Shown here in pieces: positions 9,317-18,522 of a stretch of 64,000 bases of DNA. Both the position numbers and the translations under genes were made by a program. The first letter of the stretch is position 1. Every line of letters begins with the position of its first letter. The stretch spans positions 96,001-160,000 of the forward strand of contig CAVYSW010000005.1 in NCBI GenBank assembly GCA_963771275.1, in the 5' to 3' direction. Below the pieces are notes generated by a model. The model worked only from the letters and a program-made list of their open reading frames with translations. It ran no database searches and had not been told where the DNA came from. Source of the DNA: an uncultured Gemmatimonadales bacterium. GTDB lineage: Bacteria > Gemmatimonadota > Gemmatimonadetes > Gemmatimonadales > GWC2-71-9.

Positions 9317-10423
9317 GTGCGCATCGCGCTCGTCACGGAGTTCTTCTATCCGCACCTCGGCGGGGTGACGGAGCACGTCGCCAATCTGCAGCGCCAGTTC
9401 CGGCAGGCCGGGCACATCGCCCTCATCGTCACCGCGACCATGATCGGGCAGCCCGCCGCCGAGCAGGACGTCGTGCGGGTGGGGCGGAGCCAGGTCGTGT
9501 ACAGCAACGGCTCGTTCGCGCGCGTCACGCTGGGGATGCGGCTGGAGGCGCGCCTGCGCGACGTGTGGCGCCGCGAGCGCATCGACCTGGTGCACCTGCA
9601 CGGACCGCTGGTCCCGACCCTGGGGCTCGTTGCGGCCGAGGCCGCGACCGCGCTCGGCATTCCGATCGTCGGCACCTTCCACAGCTGGTTCCCCCGGTCC
9701 TTCGGGAATCGGCTGTTCCGGGCACCGCTGCAGCGGCGGCTCGACCGGATGGCCGCGACGATCGCCGTGAGCCAGCCGGTCGTGGACGCGAACTCCCGCT
9801 ACTTCGCGGCCGACTGGGAGATCATCCCGAACGGCGTGAACGTCGAGTACTTCCATCCCAACGGCCGGAGCCCGTTCTCCGCCCTTGCCGAAGAGCCGCG
9901 GGTGCTGTTCCTCGGGAGGCTCGACCCCCGGAACGGCCTCGACACGATGCTGGCCGCGATGCCGGCGATCCTGGCCCGGTTCCCGCGCACCCAGCTCACG
10001 GTCGTCGGTGACGGCCCGCTGCGCGCCCGCTACGAAGGGCGGGCGCGGCCGCTCGGTCCCCACGTGCGGTTCGTGGGCTCGGTGTACGAGGAACGCAACG
10101 AGTTCTACGGGGCGACCGACGTCTACGTCTGCCCCACGACGCGGGCCTCGTTCGGGATCACGCTGCTCGAAGCGATGGCCGCCGGCCGGCCGATGGTCGT
10201 GTCGGATATCACGGGATTCCGCGAGCTGGTCGACGGCACCGACGCCGCCGTGCGGGTGCCGGCGGGCGAGCCGGCGGCTTGGGCGGATGCGGTCACGGCC
10301 ATGCTGGGAGACCCCGCGCGGCGGGTCGCCATGGGGGACGCGGGCCGCCGGGCGGCGTTGACGTACGCGTGGCCCGCGGTCGCGCGCCGGGTGCTCGACG
10401 TCTACGAGCGGGTGGCCCGGTGA
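9317..10423 (+). CDS. GT4 family glycosyltransferase (PimA-like)
   Basis: MRIALVTEFFYPHLGGV start, IPNGV, FLGRL and SFGITLLEAMAAG motifs. Confidence 0.92.
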   Translation: MRIALVTEFFYPHLGGVTEHVANLQRQFRQAGHIALIVTATMIGQPAAEQDVVRVGRSQVVYSNGSFARVTLGMRLEARLRDVWRRERIDLVHLHGPLVPTLGLVAAEAATALGIPIVGTFHSWFPRSFGNRLFRAPLQRRLDRMAATIAVSQPVVDANSRYFAADWEIIPNGVNVEYFHPNGRSPFSALAEEPRVLFLGRLDPRNGLDTMLAAMPAILARFPRTQLTVVGDGPLRARYEGRARPLGPHVRFVGSVYEERNEFYGATDVYVCPTTRASFGITLLEAMAAGRPMVVSDITGFRELVDGTDAAVRVPAGEPAAWADAVTAMLGDPARRVAMGDAGRRAALTYAWPAVARRVLDVYERVAR

Positions 10424-11124
10424 TGCCGGCGCTGGTCGCGACGGCCGCCGGGCTCGGCGCCGGCACCCTGGCATGGGGTGTGTACCATCCCAACAGCCCA
10501 CTGTTCGGCCGCGTGGTGGCGCGCGGACCGCGCACGGGGCGATCGCTCTACCTCACGTTCGACGACGGCCCGAACCCGACCGCCACCGCGCGGATCCTGG
10601 ACGTGCTTGCCGCGGAAGGTGTGCCGGCCACGTTCTTCCTGGTCGGCGAGCATGTGCGCCGGTTCCCCGGGCTGGCCCGCGCCGTGACGGACGCCGGTCA
10701 TGCGGTGGGCAATCACACCAGTACTCATGTGAAGCTGCATCGCTGCGGACCGCGCCGGGTGCGGCGCGAGCTGGAAGCGGCCCACGCCGCGATCGTGGAG
10801 GCGACCGGCACCGCGCCGCGCCTGTTCCGCGCACCGCATGGCTATCGCAATCCGTTCGTGGCGCGCACCGTCCGGCGGCTGGGCTACACGGTCGTGGGCT
10901 GGTCCTACGGGGTGTGGGACTCGGCACGCCCGGGTGCCGCGGCGATTCGCGCACGCGTGTGCCGCCGCCTGAGTCCCGGCGCGATCGTCCTGCTGCACGA
11001 CGGCGACGGGTACGATCCGCAGGGCGACCGCCGCCAGACCGCCGACGCGCTGCCCGGCATCGTGCACGATGCCCGGGCGGCGGGCTTTCAGTTCCGCCCC
11101 CTGTCCGACTTGCTCCCGGCGTGA
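10423..11124 (+). CDS. Polysaccharide deacetylase (CE4/NodB) with N-terminal membrane anchor
   Basis: LTFDDGP, NHTSTH, FRAPHG and LLHD motifs; TGATG coupling to the GT4 gene. Confidence 0.93.
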   Translation: MPALVATAAGLGAGTLAWGVYHPNSPLFGRVVARGPRTGRSLYLTFDDGPNPTATARILDVLAAEGVPATFFLVGEHVRRFPGLARAVTDAGHAVGNHTSTHVKLHRCGPRRVRRELEAAHAAIVEATGTAPRLFRAPHGYRNPFVARTVRRLGYTVVGWSYGVWDSARPGAAAIRARVCRRLSPGAIVLLHDGDGYDPQGDRRQTADALPGIVHDARAAGFQFRPLSDLLPA

Positions 11125-12083
11125 CGCGCGCGACGCGGCAGCTCGTCTGGTGGGGTGCGGCCATCGCGCTGGCGCTGGTGGCGCTCCACATGCTGCGCGG
11201 GTTCGCCTGGGCGGAGACCCACCGTGCGCTGCTGAGCACCGACCTCGGCCTGCTCGCCGTGGCCCTTGCCGTCAACCTCGTCTCGCTGGTCAGCAAGGGC
11301 TGGGGCTGGTATCTCGTGCTGGCGCCCACGACGCCGGTCCGATGGTGGACGGCGCAGGAGGCGACGATCACCGGCGCGGCGCTCACGAGCCTGTCGGGCT
11401 CGGTGGTGGGCGAAGCAGCCCGGGCCCGGTTCCTGACCCGCCGGAACGGCGTCCCGTGGGGGCCCGCCATCGCGTCGATCCTCTACCTGCGGGTGGTGGA
11501 GGGCCTGGGGCTCGCCCTGTTCCTGGTGGCCGCGCCGCTGCTGTTCCCGGTGCCCGGGCCCGTGCGCGTCGCCCAGACCGTTGCCGGCGCCGCCCTGGTG
11601 GCCGTGCTGGTGCTGAGCCGGGTGCGGTGGTGGCGCTTCGTCGAAGCGCGACTCCCGGAGCGGCTCCGCGCCGCGGCCCGCGTGGTCGGCGCGATCGGCT
11701 CACTCCGCCGGCTCCCCGGCCCGCTGCTCACGGCGGTGGTGAACTGGGGCACCCAGTGGGCCACCTACTACCTCACCTTCCGGGCGACGCATCTTGCTAT
11801 CGGGTCCGACGCCGCGTTCGTGGCGCTCTTCGCCGTGAACCTCGTGGGGCTGATGCAGCTCCCGGCGGGAAACCTCGGCGTGTTCCAGGCGTCGATCGTC
11901 GTCGGCCTGCTGCCGTTCGGCGTTCCGGCCGAGAGCGCGGTCGCCGCCGGCATCGTGCTGCAGGCGCTGCAGGTCCTGCCGGTGCTCGCGCTGGCGGTGG
12001 CGCTGCTGGGCTGGCGCGGCTTCCTCCAGCTGCGGCGCGGGGCGCGGCCGGCGACCGAGCCGGTCGCGGAGCGTCCCGGCTAG
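11121..12083 (+). CDS. Lysylphosphatidylglycerol-synthase TM / MprF-like flippase domain protein
   Basis: Multi-TM protein with GEAAR and PAGNLGVFQ motifs; GTGA coupling. Confidence 0.82.
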   Translation: MTRATRQLVWWGAAIALALVALHMLRGFAWAETHRALLSTDLGLLAVALAVNLVSLVSKGWGWYLVLAPTTPVRWWTAQEATITGAALTSLSGSVVGEAARARFLTRRNGVPWGPAIASILYLRVVEGLGLALFLVAAPLLFPVPGPVRVAQTVAGAALVAVLVLSRVRWWRFVEARLPERLRAAARVVGAIGSLRRLPGPLLTAVVNWGTQWATYYLTFRATHLAIGSDAAFVALFAVNLVGLMQLPAGNLGVFQASIVVGLLPFGVPAESAVAAGIVLQALQVLPVLALAVALLGWRGFLQLRRGARPATEPVAERPG

Positions 12084-12169
12084 CCGGCGACGGACGGCTG
12101 ACGCGCCGCGTCTTGCGGGCCCGGGTCCCGGTCGTCACTGTTGCAACGGAAACCGGCTCAGGAGGCCGC

Positions 12170-13507
12170 TTGGCGCGACTCGGTCTGCTCACGCTTCTGC
12201 TCGGCCTGGTCGCCGCACCACCGCCCGCCCTGGCGCAGAGTCCCCGGCCGTCCGGCCAGGATCGGTCGCGCGGGCACCGCATGCTCCGCCACGTCCGCGA
12301 GCAGCTCGAGAAGCACTACTACGACACCACGTATCACGGTGTCGATCTCGCGAAGACGTACGCGCAAGCCGACAGCGCGATCGATGTGGCCGGGTCCCTG
12401 CCGGAGATGGTGGTCACCATCGCCCAGTTCCTCGCCAACCTCAAGGACTCTCACACCTCGTTCTACCCACCCGGCTACACGACGAGAGTCGTGTACGGCT
12501 GGACTCTGCAAGCGATCGGCGATGCCTGTTACCTCGTCTCGGTGAAGGCGGGCAGCGATGCGGAGCGCAAAGGCCTACGGCCCGGCGATCGGGTCCTCGA
12601 GCTGGACGGCCTTCGCCCCGCGCGCGCGAACCTCCCCATGATCACCTACGTCTACTACCGCCTCAGCCCGCGGCCGGGCGCGCGGTTGGTCGTGGAGCAC
12701 CCGAATGGGCAGCAGGAGGAGGTCACGGCGCAGGCCGAGGTGCAGCGGGGTCCGGCGGTGGTGGACATCTGGGACGTGGAGCAGCGCCGGTTCCTGGAGG
12801 AACAGTGGCGGCGCGAGGGGAGTCATCCGAATCACCATCGGAAGAGCTTCGGGGACTCTGTGATGGTGTGGCGGATGCACGAATTCGCGCCCGGGAACGG
12901 GGTCGATTACTACGACGAGACGATCGACCGGTACATGGCCGAGGCGCGGAAGAACCGCCATCTGATTCTCGATCTGCGCGGAAATTCCGGGGGTGTCCTG
13001 GTGACCCTCGTGCGTCTCCTGGGACACTTCTTCGGCGACAGCATCCCGCTGGGTACCGATGTGCGGCGCGATACCGTGGTCGGGCTCGCGGTGCAGCCGG
13101 TTGGAGGCGCGCCGTATCAGGGTGACGTCATGATCCTGATCGACAGCTGGTCGGCGTCCGCGGCGGAGATCACCGCGCGGACCCTGCAGCTCAACGGGCG
13201 CGCGACGGTCATCGGCGACCGCTCGGCGGGGGCGGTCATGACCAGCATCTTCCTCCCGCTCGAGGTCGGGGGCGCCACACGAGTGGTGCCGTTCGGCATG
13301 TCTGTCACGGTGTCGGACTTGATCATGCCCGACGGCAAGAGCCTGGAGGGCACCGGAGTGATCCCCAACATCGCCGTGCTGCCGACGGCGGCGGACCTCG
13401 CGGCGGAGCGGGATCCGGCGCTCGCCTTCGCGCTGGAGCTGGCGGGGGTGAAGATCGATCCGCGCGACGCGGCGAAGATCTTCAGCGAGAGGCGGCCGGG
13501 AGGCTGA
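12170..13507 (+). CDS. S41 family (tail-specific protease-like) peptidase with PDZ domain, secreted
   Basis: AGGAGG then TTG start; signal peptide ending ALAQ; DSHT, GLRPGD, DLRGNSGG, SASAAE and EGTGVIP motifs. Confidence 0.88.
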   Translation: MARLGLLTLLLGLVAAPPPALAQSPRPSGQDRSRGHRMLRHVREQLEKHYYDTTYHGVDLAKTYAQADSAIDVAGSLPEMVVTIAQFLANLKDSHTSFYPPGYTTRVVYGWTLQAIGDACYLVSVKAGSDAERKGLRPGDRVLELDGLRPARANLPMITYVYYRLSPRPGARLVVEHPNGQQEEVTAQAEVQRGPAVVDIWDVEQRRFLEEQWRREGSHPNHHRKSFGDSVMVWRMHEFAPGNGVDYYDETIDRYMAEARKNRHLILDLRGNSGGVLVTLVRLLGHFFGDSIPLGTDVRRDTVVGLAVQPVGGAPYQGDVMILIDSWSASAAEITARTLQLNGRATVIGDRSAGAVMTSIFLPLEVGGATRVVPFGMSVTVSDLIMPDGKSLEGTGVIPNIAVLPTAADLAAERDPALAFALELAGVKIDPRDAAKIFSERRPGG

Positions 13508-13622
13508 GCCTCGCGGGACGGGGAGGGAGCGACCGGCCCGCCGCCGTGCCGCCGGCGGCCCCGCTCCCCAAAGCGGCCGGACCCGGGTATGTTGCTACCT
13601 CCCCCAGCATCGAAGGTGACCC

Positions 13623-14177
13623 ATGAAGCGCACCGTGACCCTCGCGGTGGCTGCCCTGCTTGCCGGCCCGACCGTCGGGTGGGCGCAGATGCAGCCGAAC
13701 ACCCCACCTCCCGCCGGGCCGATTGCCGCGGCCCTGCAGGTCGCGTTCCGCCGGGCGAGCCAGAACATGGTGGCGGCGGCCGATGACATGCCCGTGGCGA
13801 AGCTCGGCTTCAAGCCCACACCCGAGCAGATGACGTTTGGCGAGATCCTGGCCCACGAGGCCGAGTCGAATGAGACGCTGTGCGCCGCGCTCGCAGGCGG
13901 GGCGCAGACGCCCACCGAGTCGGCGGGCGGTGCCGACGCGTCGAAGGACGCGCTGATCGCGCGACTCCGCACCTCGTTCGAGACCTGCGGCGGCATCGTG
14001 GCGAAGCTCAGCGAGAGCGCGCTCGGCGACTCGGTGCCGTTCTTCGGCGGGCGGAAGGTGACCAAGGCCCGCGCGGCGATCGCGCTGGCGCAGGACTGGG
14101 CCGATCACTACGCCCAGGCGGCGATGTATCTGCGGCTCAACGGTATCCTGCCCCCCTCCGCGCGACGGCGGATGTAG
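13623..14177 (+). CDS. Secreted DinB-like four-helix-bundle protein
   Basis: Signal peptide; FKPTPEQMTFGEILAH and HYAQAAMYLRLNGILPP DinB-type motifs. Confidence 0.82.
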   Translation: MKRTVTLAVAALLAGPTVGWAQMQPNTPPPAGPIAAALQVAFRRASQNMVAAADDMPVAKLGFKPTPEQMTFGEILAHEAESNETLCAALAGGAQTPTESAGGADASKDALIARLRTSFETCGGIVAKLSESALGDSVPFFGGRKVTKARAAIALAQDWADHYAQAAMYLRLNGILPPSARRRM

Positions 14178-14205
14178 GCCGCTCCGCCGCATCGCAGGAA
14201 ACAGC

Positions 14206-14240
14206 CGAAGCCCGACGGACCATGGTGCCGTCGGGCTTCG
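14206..14240. terminator. 13-bp perfect hairpin between convergent genes, probable bidirectional terminator
   Basis: CGAAGCCCGACGG-N9-CCGTCGGGCTTCG. Confidence 0.65.
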
Positions 14241-14263
14241 TGTCGTTTTGTCCACCAGGGGCG

Positions 14264-15265
14264 TCACGGCAGCGGCGGCTCGCCGCGCCGGGCGACGGTG
14301 ACGCCGCTCGCCCGCCAGCCCTCCACCCAGCCCGCGAATTCCTGCGCGATCTGGGCGAGATCCACCGAGGCCGCCAGGGGATCGTCCGCCAGCCCATCAA
14401 CCCGGGCGAGATTCGCGCTGGCCTTCACGTACGTGCTATCCACGCCCACCGCGCGCCGGTACGTCTCCGCGGCGAGGGTGAAGTGGCCCGTGCGCTCGAG
14501 CACCATCCCCAGGTTGTTGAGGAAGGTGACGACCGTGCTGTCGAGCGCCACGGCCCGCGCCAGCGGGTACAGCGCCTCCTCCGGCCAGCCCTCCTGGAGA
14601 TAGAGCAGGCCCAGGTTGTTCATCGACCAGGCGTCACGCTCGTCCAGCGTAATGGCGTGGCGGTAGGCCTCGACGGCCTCGTCGAACCGGCCGAGCGCGC
14701 CGAGCGCCCGCCCCCGCAGCCGGAAGGCCACGTTGGACAGGGAGTCGAGCGTCAGCGCGGTATCGACGCGCGCGAGCGCATCGGCGGGTCGCGCCGTCTC
14801 GAGCAGCACGCGCGCCAGGTTGAGATAGCTCTTCACGTGCGTGGGATCGAGCGCCAGCGCCCGGTCGAACGCCTGCTCGGCCCGCTGGTGATCGCCGCTC
14901 TTCCAGGCCGAGAGGCCGAGCATGTAGTGACCCCAGGGATTCTCGGGCCTGATCTCCACGTACGAGCCGAACAGCCCGGTGGCCTCGGCGTAGCGTCCCG
15001 AGCGGAACGCCGCCTCGGCCTCGTCGTACGTCACGATCCGGGGTGTGACCCGTGCCGTGGAAGCCGGAACGATCGCGGGTGTGCCGGGGTCCACGCTGGC
15101 CGCCGCGACGGCGGCCGCGTCGCCGTCGGACGCCCGGGCGTTCTTGCGCCACGACTGCGGGACGTCGCAGCCGGCGAGCGCCATCGCGCCGAGGAGAATG
15201 GTGCCGACCACGACGTTCGCCGTCAGCTGCTTGACGTGTTCCGTGTGCCTGTGTGTCCACCGCAT
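14264..15265 (-). CDS. Tetratricopeptide-repeat lipoprotein
   Basis: AAGGAGG RBS, LAGC lipobox, about 7 TPR units (NLA/NNLG motifs at 34-aa spacing). Confidence 0.88.
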   Translation of the reverse strand: MRWTHRHTEHVKQLTANVVVGTILLGAMALAGCDVPQSWRKNARASDGDAAAVAAASVDPGTPAIVPASTARVTPRIVTYDEAEAAFRSGRYAEATGLFGSYVEIRPENPWGHYMLGLSAWKSGDHQRAEQAFDRALALDPTHVKSYLNLARVLLETARPADALARVDTALTLDSLSNVAFRLRGRALGALGRFDEAVEAYRHAITLDERDAWSMNNLGLLYLQEGWPEEALYPLARAVALDSTVVTFLNNLGMVLERTGHFTLAAETYRRAVGVDSTYVKASANLARVDGLADDPLAASVDLAQIAQEFAGWVEGWRASGVTVARRGEPPLP

Positions 15266-15327
15266 AGCCCCCTCCTTGTTGTGGCGCATCGAGCGCCGGT
15301 GACGGTGCGTGTCCGTCCGCGGAGAAG

Positions 15328-15342
15328 GCAGCGTGCGTACCA
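15328..15342 (-). promoter_or_regulatory. Sigma-54 -24/-12 promoter of the TPR lipoprotein gene
   Basis: Minus strand reads TGGTACGCACGCTGC (GG-N10-GC; consensus TGGCACG-N4-TTGC), about 60 nt upstream of the ATG. Confidence 0.7.
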
Positions 15343-15438
15343 CGGGGAGGCGCGCCGGCGTGTGACGGCGTAGCTCACGTGATGACAACGCGTTGGTGGG
15401 TCGAGCGGCGTGGCGGGGCGCGCTGGCGCGTTGCGCTT

Positions 15439-15490
15439 CGTGTTCGGGTGGACACGGGCCCGCGGGGGGCGCCGTGTCCGCTGGGACACG
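15439..15490. promoter_or_regulatory. Tandem palindromic upstream activator sites
   Basis: CGTGTTC-gggt-GGACACG (15439-15456) and CGTGTCC-gctg-GGACACG (15473-15490), 34 bp apart. Confidence 0.68.
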
Positions 15491-16846
15491 TCAGTCGCGC
15501 GAGAGGCTGAGGCGTCGCATGATCTTGAGCAGGCTCGCGTGGTCGGCGAGCCCGAGGTCCGCGGCGGTGCGCGTGATGTGCCAGTCGTTCCGCTCGAGCG
15601 CCTCGACCACGATCTGCCGCTCCGCCTCGACCTTGCGCTCGTGGTACGTGCGGGGTGCGGCCGCCGGCGTGGCGTCGAGTGGCCCGCCGATCTCGGGCGG
15701 GATGTCGCCGGGAGCGATGACCGCGTCGTCGGCGGCGAGCACGAGCCGCTCCACGATGTTCCGCAGCTCGCGCACGTTGTTGCGGCGCCAGTCGTGGGCC
15801 ATCAACGCGCGCAGCGCGCCGTCGCTCAGCCGCTTGGGCTTGAGGCCGAACCGCTCGCTCGTCGTCGCCAGCAGGTGTGCCACGAGCTCGGGAATGTCCG
15901 ACTGCCGGTCCCGGAGCGGCGGCACCGCGAGCACGTGCACGTTGAGGCGATACAGCAGGTCCTGGCGGAAGCGCCCCGCCGCGCTCTCGGTGTCGAGGTC
16001 CCGGTTCGTCGCGGCCACGACCCGCACGTCCACCGCGATGGTCCGCGTGCCACCGACGCGGGTCACCTCGCGCTGCTCCAGCACGCGGAGCAGCTTGGCC
16101 TGGGCCGCGAGCGGCAGCTCGCCCACCTCGTCGAGGAACAGCGTCCCGCCCGACGCCGCCTCGAACGCCCCGCGCCGCAGCGTGGCGGCGCCGGTGAACG
16201 CGCCGCGCTCGTGGCCGAACAGCTCCGATTCGACCAGGTGCTCGGGCAGGGCGGCGCTGTTGATCGCCACGAACGGCCCCTTCGGCCGGCGGCCCAGCCG
16301 GTGGAGCTCGGCGGCCACCAGCTCCTTGCCCGTTCCGCTTTCCCCGACCACCAGAACGGGGCTCGGGATCGGCGCCAGCTTCGCGATCGTGGCCCGCAGC
16401 CGCTCCATCACGGGGCTCGCGCCGATCAGCGGCGAGTCCGTGCCGAGACGGCGGCGCAGCGCCGCCACGTCGCCGGTCAGCCGCTGGCGCTCGAGCGCGC
16501 GCGCCACCTCCTGGACCACCCGCTCCATCGGCTCCTGCTTGTCGATGAAGCCGTACGCTCCCAGCCGCACGGCCTGCACACAGCGGTCGAAGTTGCCGGT
16601 CCCGGTATACACGATCACCGGCACGCGCAGGCGACTCTCGTCCATCGCGCGCAGCACGTCGAACCCGTCGAGGCCGGGCATCTCGAGATCGAGGATCATG
16701 CAGTCGACGGGCTCACCCGCGAGCAGGTCGAGCGCGGCGCGGCCGCCGCCCGCCACGAGCGTGTCATATCCGCCGAGGCGCTTGAGATCGTAGGCATACT
16801 GTTCCGCCAGCGCCAGGACGTCGTCGACGACAAGGACCAGGGTCAT
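15491..16846 (-). CDS. NtrC-family sigma-54-dependent response regulator (REC-AAA+-HTH)
   Basis: VVDD and LDLEMP receiver motifs, GESGTGKE Walker A, GAFTGA, FLDE Walker B, C-terminal HTH. Confidence 0.96.
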   Translation of the reverse strand: MTLVLVVDDVLALAEQYAYDLKRLGGYDTLVAGGGRAALDLLAGEPVDCMILDLEMPGLDGFDVLRAMDESRLRVPVIVYTGTGNFDRCVQAVRLGAYGFIDKQEPMERVVQEVARALERQRLTGDVAALRRRLGTDSPLIGASPVMERLRATIAKLAPIPSPVLVVGESGTGKELVAAELHRLGRRPKGPFVAINSAALPEHLVESELFGHERGAFTGAATLRRGAFEAASGGTLFLDEVGELPLAAQAKLLRVLEQREVTRVGGTRTIAVDVRVVAATNRDLDTESAAGRFRQDLLYRLNVHVLAVPPLRDRQSDIPELVAHLLATTSERFGLKPKRLSDGALRALMAHDWRRNNVRELRNIVERLVLAADDAVIAPGDIPPEIGGPLDATPAAAPRTYHERKVEAERQIVVEALERNDWHITRTAADLGLADHASLLKIMRRLSLSRD

Positions 16847-18522
16847 GGACTGCCGCCCTCCGCCGGAGCGTCCGGCAGCTCGATCACGAACGTGGTCCCG
16901 CGGCCGGGCGCCGTCTCGACCTTGAGCGCCCCGCCGAGGTCGGCGACGAGCCGCCGCACGATGGCGAGCCCGAGTCCGGTGCCGACGGGCTTGGTGGTGT
17001 AGAACGCCTCGAACGCGCGGTCCAGCTGCTCGCGGGTCATCCCGGGACCGGTGTCGGTGACGCGCAGCCGCACCCCGCCGGCCGCGGCCTCGACGCCGAG
17101 GGTGACCTGGCCGCCCGCGGGCCCGAGGCTCTCCACCGCGTTCCGCGCGAGGTTCTCCAGGATGCGGCGCACCACCAGCGGATCGGCGCGCAGCGCCAGC
17201 GGCTCGGCGGGCGCGGCGAGGGTCATGGCGGCGGCCCCGGCGGGAACGCTCGCCGCGACCTCGCGCACGATGGCGGCGACGTCGCAGCGCCGGATGTCGA
17301 GCTTGGGGTGGAGCCGCGCGTAGTTGCCCGCGAGGTCTTCGAGGTATGCGATCCCCGACTCCACCGTTGCCCGCCGCTCGGCGAAGACGGTGGGGAGCGC
17401 CCCGGGTTCCTGCTCCGCCACCTGCGTCAGATGGCGGAACACGTTGCGGATCGGCGCGAGGCCGTTCCGGATGTCGTGATTCACCTGCCGGGCCAGCTCG
17501 CCCAGGGTCGCCCGCCGCTCCACGTCCCGCAGCCGCGCGGCATCGCTCCGGAGCCGGCCGACCATCCGATCGAGCAGCCGGGCGAGCGTGCCGATCTCGT
17601 CGCGCCGCTCGCTCGCGAACGCCGTGTCGCCCCGCTCGAGATCCATCGCCTCGGCGGCGCCGGCCAGATCCTTGATCGGGCGGCTGATCCGGGCCGCGAG
17701 CCAGGCGGCAAGCGCCAGGACCGCGACGGCGGTGACGCCGAGCGCCGTGAGGAACCAGCGGTCCACGCTCGCCCGCAGCGCCGCGAGCGGCGCCAGCGGG
17801 TAGGCGACGAGCAGGCGCGCGGCCAGGACGCCGTCTGCGGCGTCGACGAACGGCACGAGCAGGGTGTCCAGCAGCGCGGGGCCCGCGGCCGCGGTGCTCC
17901 CGGTGAGTGCCGTGTCGGGCAGCTCGAGCATCACCCCGACCGCCGGATCGCGCGCGAGACCGGCGAGGAACACCGAATCCACGCGCACGCCGCCCACGAG
18001 CACGAAGCGCCGCGCCCCGACCGCGACGGAGTCCTCGCGCGCGAGGGCGAGGAACGTCCCTTCGGGCGCCCGGCCGCGCACCAGCGCGACACGGGCGCCC
18101 GTGGTCGCGAGGCCCTGGGCAATCGCCGGGTCGAGCCGGTCGAACTCATTGCGGAAGTGTCCGGAGCTGACGATACGGCCCGCGCTGTCCTGAATCTGCA
18201 GCAGGGCGAGGCCGGCGAGCCGCATGGCGCTTCCCGCGTAGTCCAGCACGTAGGCTCGCTCGGCCGCGATGCCTTGCACGGCGCCAAGGCGAAAGCGGTT
18301 GTCGTCGGGAATCGTCATCCGAAGCGCGGCGAGCCGCGCGGCCACGGCGTCGCTCTGGCGCTGGAGATCCCCCGCGATGATCTCCGCCAGCGAGGTCACG
18401 CGCCGCTGATACTGCGCGGTGAGCCGGGCCCCCACCTCCCGGCGGATCCCCACCGCGAGAATCACCAGGGGAATGGCCGCCGTCGCTGCGAACGCGAGCA
18501 GCAGGCGCGTGCGGAACGTCAT
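16843..18522 (-). CDS. HAMP-domain sensor histidine kinase
   Basis: Two TM segments around an extracytoplasmic domain; RRDEIG HAMP; HDIRNGL H-box; ENLARNA, DTGPG and GTGLGL boxes; ATGA coupling on both sides. Confidence 0.94.
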   Translation of the reverse strand: MTFRTRLLLAFAATAAIPLVILAVGIRREVGARLTAQYQRRVTSLAEIIAGDLQRQSDAVAARLAALRMTIPDDNRFRLGAVQGIAAERAYVLDYAGSAMRLAGLALLQIQDSAGRIVSSGHFRNEFDRLDPAIAQGLATTGARVALVRGRAPEGTFLALAREDSVAVGARRFVLVGGVRVDSVFLAGLARDPAVGVMLELPDTALTGSTAAAGPALLDTLLVPFVDAADGVLAARLLVAYPLAPLAALRASVDRWFLTALGVTAVAVLALAAWLAARISRPIKDLAGAAEAMDLERGDTAFASERRDEIGTLARLLDRMVGRLRSDAARLRDVERRATLGELARQVNHDIRNGLAPIRNVFRHLTQVAEQEPGALPTVFAERRATVESGIAYLEDLAGNYARLHPKLDIRRCDVAAIVREVAASVPAGAAAMTLAAPAEPLALRADPLVVRRILENLARNAVESLGPAGGQVTLGVEAAAGGVRLRVTDTGPGMTREQLDRAFEAFYTTKPVGTGLGLAIVRRLVADLGGALKVETAPGRGTTFVIELPDAPAEGGSP

